From NCBI GenBank assembly GCA_038127595.1, contig JAYPIC010000015.1, forward strand, positions 1 to 37,657: a stretch of DNA of 37,657 bases, in the 5' to 3' direction. Source of the stretch: a bacterium. Its GTDB lineage: Bacteria; Fidelibacterota; Marinisomatia; Marinisomatales; UBA1611. The translations under genes were made by a program, and so were the position numbers. The notes beneath the pieces were generated by a model. It made no database searches and had not been told where the DNA came from. It saw only the letters and a list, made by a program, of their open reading frames with translations. Positions 31,101 to 37,657 of this stretch are shown here, in pieces. Numbering within the stretch: the first letter of the stretch is position 1; each line of letters starts with the position of its first letter.

Positions 31101-31366
31101 AAGTTGTTTTTGGAAACATCAGAGGCCATGCTTTTGTTGATGTTGGAGCTGCCTGGGACTCTGCAGATGAATTTTCTTCAAATAGTTGGCCAGAGAAATA
31201 CGGTTCTAATGACACTGCTAAATTTTCTCCTTGGGTTGTGACATCCGGTTTAGGTGTGAAGATCAACCTTGGATATTTCTTATTACGAGTAGAGTCAGCT
31301 TGGGATAAAAATCCAGGCGGATACTCAAAACCGCAGTGGTACTTATCTCTAGGGCCTGATTGGTAA
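28193..31366 (+). CDS. Peptidase-MA-like zincin + TolB-like (PD40) beta-propeller + Omp85/BamA-type barrel fusion protein
   Basis: FGKNKVQY N-terminus; HELVH...WANEGLAE; SPDG/WSP repeats; barrel with DARKYW, FFLGG, MRG, NFEVRFPF, FVDVGAAW; aromatic C-terminus. Confidence 0.85.
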   Translation: MIISKYILFAIAILSSSFGQSFGKNKVQYRDFDWSYIQTPNFDIYFYGDNQDLAEFTSKVSEEAYKQISTHLAWDLKNRVSILVYNSHNEFQQTNVVGVYMSEGIGGVTELFKNRVVFPFDGDFEQFRHVIHHELVHAMLNDMVYGGTAQNMVASRTRVRIPLWANEGLAEFLSSNWDTKADMILRDIAVHERIPTVNELNYFMAYKGGQSLWRFIAGKYGREKVGEVFRSMKKTQSAEKGYQLALGMKWDELSDQWHKYLKKEYWPDIANRDPLEDMSEQLTDHKKNRNFYNVSPSLSPDGSTVALLSDRSGYFDVYLLDAATGKKKATLVQGSRSVNFEELKWLQPGLSWSPDGEKIVLATKAGSSDALQIIDVKTKKAKKIPIALDGVFSAAWSPNGNDIAFAGNHNGSSDIYIYNFKSENFKKITNDIFSDSYPSWNGNSEEIAFVSDRGKHVDGKYDGRIEDHNYSQTDIYVVNIKSGKIKRVTDTPDNESYPIWANSERTLFYTSDYNGVFNLYKHALVEDQNSDSKFVNNSYAVTNVLTGLQQPTISKDDNSIIFAGYSGIGWDLYSLNNPLGIAAKQIAPTQFIKTRDSEDMSVADIRDTDKIERIDLNTNSSYSKWVFAQGYDNYNYSMDTKGSKQEKVVKDTLVNGVHVPKPYKTRFTLDMVSGNLQISNVFGATGMTYFAFSDILGNHQIQFGTEMVLTLEDSDYFLSYGYLKNKTDYYFVGFQNADFFQAGYYSLGRLRHYGLQSYISHPFSRFQRVDFGLTWHNISYDILDRMINTFGQEELVKRPGSSTKFTTILPRASWIYDNSIFGFTGPIDGYRQNVSITASPGWNTDFKFQTVKLDARKYWRFGRDYTLAVRGFFGSSQGKNAQKFFLGGIPYLLTDFQSGTTNGVSDPSAYRSVITDTSNSNLITDVYFTEYAFPMRGARFAERIGTYASLFNFEVRFPFINYLALGFPLKVVFGNIRGHAFVDVGAAWDSADEFSSNSWPEKYGSNDTAKFSPWVVTSGLGVKINLGYFLLRVESAWDKNPGGYSKPQWYLSLGPDW

Positions 31367-31416
31367 AATATCGGCCTTGATTACATCATACATAGAAGGC
31401 AATTTTGCATACTTCT

Positions 31417-32772
31417 ATGGCTAATAAAAAAAATAAAGTAAACTTTTTATGTTCTGCATGTGGTGATGATTTCCCGAAGTGGCATGGACAATGTCCAAGC
31501 TGTAAAGAGTGGGGCACCTTATCAGAGTTTAAAGTATTAGGGAATAAAAACATAAAAAGGTCTAAACTTGATTATAGAGATTATAAACCACTAAATGATA
31601 TACTTGATTCTGATCCTGGCGAAAGAATTACAACAAATATTACGGAGGCTGATAGGGTATTAGGAGGAGGACTTTTACCTGGTTCACTATTATTGTTAGG
31701 AGGGAGTCCAGGTGTAGGAAAATCTACATTAGCTCTACATATATGTTCTGGGGTTAATAAATCTATTTTATACGTTTCTGCTGAAGAAAGTGAAGAACAA
31801 GTTGCAATTAGAGCTAAAAGGATAAACGTTAAATCAGATAACTTACATTTATCTAGTGAAAATGATCTTAATGGCATTCTAACTCACATTGATAGAATTT
31901 CCCCTGCGCTAGTTATCATTGACTCAATTCAAACAATTATAAATTCTGATTTAGACTCTTTGCCTGGATCTCCTAGTCAAATTAGAGATTGTGGCCAAAA
32001 GTTTTTAGAAGTCAGTAAACATAAGAATGTTATAATTATTATCGTTGGTCATGTTACAAAGGAAGGGACCATTGCAGGTCCAAAAATGTTGGAACACATG
32101 GTGGACACAGTTCTTTATCTAGAAGGAGATGATAGATATGAGCATAGAATTTTAAGGTCTGCAAAGAACCGATTTGGAGCTACAAATGAGGTTGGAATTT
32201 TTCATATGAATGAAGATGGATTAAACGAGGTTTCAAATCCTTCTGAAATGTTTTTATCCGAACGAAGTAGAAATATACCAGGGACTTGTATTTATCCTTC
32301 CTTAGAAGGCACTCGTCCTATTTTAATTGAAGTTCAAGCGCTTGTGTCCACCGCAAATTTTGGAACGCCGCAAAGGAATGTAAACGGATTTGACCTTCGA
32401 AGGCTTGCCATGCTTCTAGCAGTTCTTGAGAAGAGGATGGAATTAGTCATGGGCATTAAGGATGTATTTATAAATTTAGTTGGTGGTTTAAAAGTCGATG
32501 ATCCTGCTGCTGATTTATCTATTTTATGTGCAATTGCATCAAGTTTTATGGATAAGCCAATAGATGAGACTATTGTTTTTATTGGTGAAATAGGTTTAGC
32601 AGGTGAAATTAGATCAATAAGTAGATTGGGTCATCGTTTAGCTGAAGTGGAAGCTTTGGGTTTTAATGGTGCAGTTGTTCCTAAAGCTAGTATGAATAGC
32701 AAACTTAAGAAAAATAAACTCAAGATTTACCCCGTTGAGTCAGTTAAGCAAGCATTTGATATATTATTTTGA
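31417..32772 (+). CDS. radA: DNA repair protein RadA/Sms
   Basis: C4 zinc finger CSAC...CPSC, GGSPGVGKST, KNRFG, Lon-like C-terminal domain. I prefer the ATG at 31417 over the TTG at 31405. Confidence 0.96.
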   Translation: MANKKNKVNFLCSACGDDFPKWHGQCPSCKEWGTLSEFKVLGNKNIKRSKLDYRDYKPLNDILDSDPGERITTNITEADRVLGGGLLPGSLLLLGGSPGVGKSTLALHICSGVNKSILYVSAEESEEQVAIRAKRINVKSDNLHLSSENDLNGILTHIDRISPALVIIDSIQTIINSDLDSLPGSPSQIRDCGQKFLEVSKHKNVIIIIVGHVTKEGTIAGPKMLEHMVDTVLYLEGDDRYEHRILRSAKNRFGATNEVGIFHMNEDGLNEVSNPSEMFLSERSRNIPGTCIYPSLEGTRPILIEVQALVSTANFGTPQRNVNGFDLRRLAMLLAVLEKRMELVMGIKDVFINLVGGLKVDDPAADLSILCAIASSFMDKPIDETIVFIGEIGLAGEIRSISRLGHRLAEVEALGFNGAVVPKASMNSKLKKNKLKIYPVESVKQAFDILF

Positions 32773-33902
32773 ATTTTTCAATTACCACGCAAGATAAAAA
32801 GACCTCTGCCAGAACTGGAGTAATAAAAACAGAACATGGAGATATTCAAACTCCAGTATTTATGCCTGTCGGGACCATTGGTGCTGTAAAAACATTTTCT
32901 CCACATGAGCTAGAAGGACTTGGGGCAGATATAATTTTAGGCAATACATATCATCTTTATTTAAGGCCAGGGACAGAAGTAATAAATCATGCAGGCGGTC
33001 TTCATAAATTTTCAAATTGGACAAGACCTATTTTAACAGATAGTGGAGGGTTTCAAGTATTTTCTTTGGCAAATTTAAATAAGATTAATGATGATGGTGT
33101 GGAGTTTCAATCTCACTTAGATGGGAGTTATCATACTATAACGCCTGAAATATCGATGCAAATTCAGCGCGCTTTGGGGTCAGATATTATTATGGCATTT
33201 GATCATTGTCCTCCTGGTAAATCAGAATTAAATGAAGTTACCAGAGCTGTTAAAAGAACTAATGAATGGTTTATAAGGTGTAAAAACTATCTAAAAGATA
33301 ATCCCCGTCTTTATAAACATAGCCAAACGTTATTTCCAATTATTCAAGGTGGTATTAATCATAAAATGAGAGAAATGAGTATCGAAGGATTAGTCCCACA
33401 GGCAGATTTCGGGATAGCGATTGGGGGCCTTGCAGTTGGAGAAGAGAAAAACGCTATGTTTGATACTATAGAATTCTGTGATTCTTTACTACCAAAAGAT
33501 AGACCTAGATATCTGATGGGGGTTGGAAGACCTACTGACATAGTAAAAGCAATACGGCGTGGAGTTGATATGTTTGATTGTGTTATGCCAACCAGAAATG
33601 GTAGAAACGGTCAGATTTTTACCTCTAATGGGACGATAAATATTACAAATGAGAAATATAAGGATGATCACTCCTTTATAGATGAGAGTAGCAATCATGC
33701 CTTTGGACGTATGTTCACTAAATCGTATATAAGACATCTTTTTAGTGTTAAGGAAATACTTGGTTTGCGAATTGCATCAACATTGAACTTATCATTTTAC
33801 ATTTCTTTAATTAAAAAAATACAAGAGGTGATTCACCTTGGTGAGTTTGATAGTTGGTCTAGGAGTTGGTTAAATGAAATGAAGCATTATAAGGGCATGT
33901 AA
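32769..33902 (+). CDS. tgt: tRNA-guanine transglycosylase (bacterial preQ1 type)
   Basis: TPVFMPVGT, NTYHL, TDSGGFQ, DHCP, GGLAVGE, YLMGVG, DMFDCVMPTR. Confidence 0.96.
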   Translation: MNFSITTQDKKTSARTGVIKTEHGDIQTPVFMPVGTIGAVKTFSPHELEGLGADIILGNTYHLYLRPGTEVINHAGGLHKFSNWTRPILTDSGGFQVFSLANLNKINDDGVEFQSHLDGSYHTITPEISMQIQRALGSDIIMAFDHCPPGKSELNEVTRAVKRTNEWFIRCKNYLKDNPRLYKHSQTLFPIIQGGINHKMREMSIEGLVPQADFGIAIGGLAVGEEKNAMFDTIEFCDSLLPKDRPRYLMGVGRPTDIVKAIRRGVDMFDCVMPTRNGRNGQIFTSNGTINITNEKYKDDHSFIDESSNHAFGRMFTKSYIRHLFSVKEILGLRIASTLNLSFYISLIKKIQEVIHLGEFDSWSRSWLNEMKHYKGM

Positions 33903-34378
33903 TGACAAAAATGAAGGTGCGAGTTATAGATGCTTATGTCTATAAAAAAACAATGGAAGGAATTGAGTTTCTTATATTGAAACGGGCAAAAACCAAAATA
34001 TATGAGCACCTTTGGCAAGGGGTTGCAGGAAAAATTGAAGAGGGAGAAAAAGCTTGGGAAGCAGCAATCAGGGAACTAAGAGAAGAAACTAGCTTAAGGC
34101 CACTGAAAGTATTTATAGCTGATCATGTTAGTAGTTTTTATGAAAAGCATGGTGATAGATTAAATCTTGTTCCAGTTTTTGGAATTGAAGTTGATTCCCA
34201 AGAAGTAGTTTTATCAAAAGAACATTGTGATTTTAAATGGGTTAAGTTGGATGTCGCTTTATCTCATTTAGTTTGGAATGGGCAAAGGAGAGGAATTCAG
34301 GTTGTTCATGATATGGTAACATCTAATGATGATAGGATGAAATGGTCTCAGATTAAAATTCCAGATAAATTACCTTGA
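33902..34378 (+). CDS. Nudix hydrolase (NudB/dihydroneopterin triphosphate diphosphatase-like)
   Basis: WQGVAGKIEEGEKAWEAAIRELREETSL Nudix box; LSKEH..FKW. Confidence 0.8.
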   Translation: MTKMKVRVIDAYVYKKTMEGIEFLILKRAKTKIYEHLWQGVAGKIEEGEKAWEAAIRELREETSLRPLKVFIADHVSSFYEKHGDRLNLVPVFGIEVDSQEVVLSKEHCDFKWVKLDVALSHLVWNGQRRGIQVVHDMVTSNDDRMKWSQIKIPDKLP

Positions 34379-36366
34379 TAAATTTTTTAAATATATCAAG
34401 AAGGTTGAAGTACCTATTTGGTACTATAGCTTTGTCTTGGGTTCTATTTTTTTTATTACGAGTAGCATTTTTCCTCATTTTTTATGAATCATCAAGTTTA
34501 ATAGATATTTTAAAAAGTATTTGGGTTGGATTAAGATTTGACCTTCGCTTATCCATATTAACAGCGTTACCTAGTTTATTACTTTGTGTTATTGCCTCTA
34601 TTAAATATTGGAAATTTTCTTATTCAATATCTTTGATAAAATGGATTTATCCTTCAATTCTGTCACTTATAGTTTTATTCTACACTTTTGATTTTGCTAC
34701 ATATAGTTACACTCAACAACGTATTGATATAACGGTTTTTACTTTATTAGAAAATTTTGCGATTTCTGCAGGCATGATGTGGGAGTCTTATCCTATTGTA
34801 TGGTTGTTTTTACTTGTATTATCAATATGCAGTGGTTGCATTTTTATACATAGCTATTTAATTAAGGTTACATTAAAACGTAACAAATTGTTTCAAACAA
34901 AATATCAAAAATCCTTTCAAGTTTTATTTTGCTTTTTGATTTATCTTTTTGGATTTTGGGGTACTTTTTCTCAATACATGCTTTTATGGAGTGATGCTTT
35001 TTTCAGTCGAAGTTCCTTTGTTTCTGCTCTTGCGCTAAACCCGGTTTTATATTTTTATGATACAAAAACATTTAAAGAGGCTGATTTTGAAATTAAAAAA
35101 GTAAAGGATCATTACTACACAATATCAGATTATCTTGGTATAGATAGCTTAGATATTAATAACTTGAATTATACAAGGAAAATTCGTCCTAAAATAAATA
35201 AAAATAGTCATCCCAACGTTGTGATAATTTTTATGGAATCAGTTGGTTTAAATAGAATGGGATTAGTTGGCAATCCATTAAACCCTACTCCTTTCTTAGA
35301 TAGTCTTGCTTCAAATGGGTTGTTTTTTTCAAAATTTTACATTCCATGGGTTAGTACTTCCAGGTCTGTTTTTACAATGTTGACTGGCATACCGGATGTA
35401 GCTAGGAGGACATCCTCTAGAAATCCTATTGTTAGAGATCAATATAGTATTTTATCTGATTTTACAGATTATGAAAAATATTATATGATTGGTGGTAGTG
35501 CTAGCTGGGCGAATATTCGCAGTTTAGTTACCTACAATATAAAAAATATGAAGCTCATTGAGATGGAAGACATTGATCGACCCAGGGTTGATGTTTGGGG
35601 GGTATCGGATTTAGATCTCTTCAAAGAGGCTGATAAAATTCTTAAGAACAAAAAATACCCTGAAAGTCCAAGTTTCATTATTATACAAACAGCGGGGAAT
35701 CACCGTCCATATACTATACCTGATGATAATGAAGGCTTTGTCAAAAAGACTCATAGGAGAGATGATTTAAATAAATCGGGTTTTAAATCCATTGAGCAGT
35801 ATAATGCTATGAGATTGTTAGATCATTCTATTAATAGGTTTTTTGAATTAGCAAAAAAGTCTTCATATTATGATAACACTGTTTTTGTATTGTTTGGAGA
35901 CCATGGAACAGCTGACCCTAAAGCAGAACACATGGGTGAGGAAGACTACAGCCTTAAGCTGAGATCATATAATGTTCCACTGATAATCTATTCTCCAAAA
36001 ATAATTCAACAATCTAAAGAAATAAAACAAGCATCAGGTCTGTCTGATCTAATGCCAACAATTGCAGGAATATGTGATATCCCATACACAAATAAAACGA
36101 TGGGTAATGATATATTAAAAACGAGCAACGACATTGCTTTTTTGGTTAATAAAAAAATGAGTCCTTCGAGCTATGGAGTAATAAATAGTGAATTTTATTT
36201 AAGAGTATTTGGTGATGGTTCTGGATCTGAATTACATAAGCTTTCTGGAGATGATCCAGCAAGTGATATCAAAGGCTCTTTTTTTAAGGAGGCCGATTCC
36301 TTAAAAAAAATAGCTGATGCAATTTATCAAACCTCAAAGTATATGCTACATCACAATAAAAATTAA
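34375..36366 (+). CDS. LTA-synthase/sulfatase-family membrane protein (phosphoglycerol-transferase-like)
   Basis: Five N-terminal TM helices (GLRFD), NVVIIFMES, TPFLDSL, STSRS, NHRPY, FGDHG. Confidence 0.85.
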   Translation: MINFLNISRRLKYLFGTIALSWVLFFLLRVAFFLIFYESSSLIDILKSIWVGLRFDLRLSILTALPSLLLCVIASIKYWKFSYSISLIKWIYPSILSLIVLFYTFDFATYSYTQQRIDITVFTLLENFAISAGMMWESYPIVWLFLLVLSICSGCIFIHSYLIKVTLKRNKLFQTKYQKSFQVLFCFLIYLFGFWGTFSQYMLLWSDAFFSRSSFVSALALNPVLYFYDTKTFKEADFEIKKVKDHYYTISDYLGIDSLDINNLNYTRKIRPKINKNSHPNVVIIFMESVGLNRMGLVGNPLNPTPFLDSLASNGLFFSKFYIPWVSTSRSVFTMLTGIPDVARRTSSRNPIVRDQYSILSDFTDYEKYYMIGGSASWANIRSLVTYNIKNMKLIEMEDIDRPRVDVWGVSDLDLFKEADKILKNKKYPESPSFIIIQTAGNHRPYTIPDDNEGFVKKTHRRDDLNKSGFKSIEQYNAMRLLDHSINRFFELAKKSSYYDNTVFVLFGDHGTADPKAEHMGEEDYSLKLRSYNVPLIIYSPKIIQQSKEIKQASGLSDLMPTIAGICDIPYTNKTMGNDILKTSNDIAFLVNKKMSPSSYGVINSEFYLRVFGDGSGSELHKLSGDDPASDIKGSFFKEADSLKKIADAIYQTSKYMLHHNKN

Positions 36367-36419
36367 TTGATATATTCTAATACATAATTATATCAAAAAT
36401 ATAAGTTAGGGAAAAAATC

Positions 36420-36875
36420 ATGTTATCAATCGGATCAATCGCCCCTGAATTTCAATTAAGTGATCAGGATGGTAATTCAGTAAATATTAAAGATTTTGAG
36501 GGCCAAAAAGTTCTTCTATGGTTTTATCCTAGAGCAAGCACGCCTGGCTGAACAACGCAAGGTCAAGGACTCCGGGATGAGTTTAAAAATTTTAAAAAAT
36601 ATAATACAGTAGTTTTAGGCATGAGTGCTGATTCAGTAAAGGCTCAAAAGAACTTTTGTTCAAAACAAGAGTTTCCATTCCAATTACTTTCAGACCCTGA
36701 AAAAGAAACGATTAGAGCCTATGAAGCTATTGGCTTAAAGAAAATGTATGGTAGAGAATATGAGGGTATCTTGAGAGTAGCATATTTGATAGATGAAAAT
36801 GGTAAAATTGAAAGAGCATACGAGAAGGTTAGCCCAAAAACCCATGCTGATGAAGTCTTAAAGGATTTAACATAA
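36420..36875 (+). CDS. bcp: Selenocysteine-containing BCP/PrxQ peroxiredoxin (151 aa, Sec44); the track reports only the 3' part
   Basis: The ATG at 36420 gives MLSIGSIAPEFQLSDQDGNSVNIKDFEGQKVLLWFYPRASTPG-U(TGA 36549-36551)-TTQGQGLRDEF..., in frame with 36621-36875. The TGA occupies the peroxidatic Cys of the PxxxTxxC motif. The conserved Arg is in GILRVAYLID. Confidence 0.9.
36567..36584 (+). promoter_or_regulatory. Bacterial SECIS-like hairpin 2
   Basis: Stem GGACUC (36567-36572) pairs with GAGUUU (36579-36584). The CGGGAU loop starts 21 nt after the UGA. Confidence 0.6.
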
Positions 36876-36878
36876 AAC

Positions 36879-37657
36879 TTATTCTTTTTTTATAATTAAA
36901 TAATCATCTTTAAAAATCATTTTATCTTCTTCCAAGTACCCATTCATTAAAGAATGACCTTTGAGCCATAATTTATCTTCAATGATTTTATAGTCAGTTA
37001 AATGAATAGGATTATTGTCCAAGGCGAAGACTGCGCTGTTTTCTTTGCATAGCGCTAATTCATTTTTTTCATAATTATCAATGTTTACCCAATCTTCTCT
37101 TAATTTAAAACCATCTTTAATATCAATATCATCATAGGTTAAAAGAATTGATGGTCTTTTTGAAGTAAATGTAGCCATTGCATAAATGGGTAGAATAGCA
37201 CAAATAACAACCCAGAAACTGGTTTTAGGTTTTATATCGCAAAAAAAACTCTGTTGCTGTTTGAGGTCTAATAATTTTTGCAAACCATTCGCATTAACCA
37301 ATAAACCATAATGTGATAGGAAAACTGTTTTATCATTTGACACTACTACAACTGCATCGTCATTTAGAAGTGGTTTATATTTTGGTATAAAATGTGAAGA
37401 ATGAGATTCTGTTATTTTTATTAAATCGCCTGAATAGTCTAAATACTTTACATTTAATTTTTTTTTAGAAGAGAGGTTTTCTTTCTCTGAAAACACAGCA
37501 ACAGCTCCTATATGCCATAAACCATATAAAAGTAAAATAGAGTTCAAGAAAGAATTGTCATCTATGACAACCTTATCTTTTGGGACTACGCCTTGGTCAT
37601 TTAGCCAGTTTGACATTCTCTGAATACTATTGAAAAATTCAATATTTGTTAAACCGT
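36879..37657 (-). CDS. Degenerate AMP-binding (acyl-CoA synthetase-like) protein, 5' end outside the window
   Basis: The frame is open from the right edge (GLTNIEFFNSIQR-MSNWL...). It shows ANL-like segments: SNWL..QGV...DKV, GLWHIGAVAV, DDAV...LSHYGLL, LWLKGHSLMNGY. Confidence 0.6.
   Translation of the reverse strand, partial: GLTNIEFFNSIQRMSNWLNDQGVVPKDKVVIDDNSFLNSILLLYGLWHIGAVAVFSEKENLSSKKKLNVKYLDYSGDLIKITESHSSHFIPKYKPLLNDDAVVVVSNDKTVFLSHYGLLVNANGLQKLLDLKQQQSFFCDIKPKTSFWVVICAILPIYAMATFTSKRPSILLTYDDIDIKDGFKLREDWVNIDNYEKNELALCKENSAVFALDNNPIHLTDYKIIEDKLWLKGHSLMNGYLEEDKMIFKDDYLIIKKE

Noticed and set aside
36621..36875. 84-aa stand-alone ORF or bcp pseudogene
   Set aside because: It is the C-terminal part of an otherwise intact BCP whose only lesion is a TGA at the catalytic Cys.

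Overview
Low-GC, densely packed bacterial chromosome segment. The gene styles suggest a marine FCB-group Gram-negative, possibly Ca. Marinimicrobia; this is inference only. Most of the window is envelope and housekeeping genes: a truncated M1 aminopeptidase with a divergent DUF6702-like gene, a YwaF-type membrane protein, an amidase, a TolC/MFP/ABC (MacAB-like) exporter operon, a kdsB-pyrG-kdsA-kdsC-lptC-lptB-rpoN-hflK-hflC-hslV-hslU-argF run, a TonB-dependent receptor, an lpxH-like/HEAT/multidomain operon, a zincin/beta-propeller/Omp85 fusion, radA, tgt, a Nudix hydrolase, an LTA-synthase-family protein and a degenerate AMP-binding protein. The main hidden signal is two genes that the ORF track breaks at in-frame TGA codons. 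Each TGA lies at a known or inferred redox-active position and is followed by a SECIS-like hairpin with a CCGG(G)A apex. One gene is a 415-aa putative lipoprotein with a thioredoxin-like C-T-U motif (4111-5358) that I cannot assign to a named family. The other is a BCP/PrxQ peroxiredoxin with TPGU (36420-36875). Both are best read as selenoproteins. Also notable are paired sigmaE-like promoters and a TGT that lacks all four zinc ligands. I saw no tRNA, rRNA, CRISPR array or mobile element.
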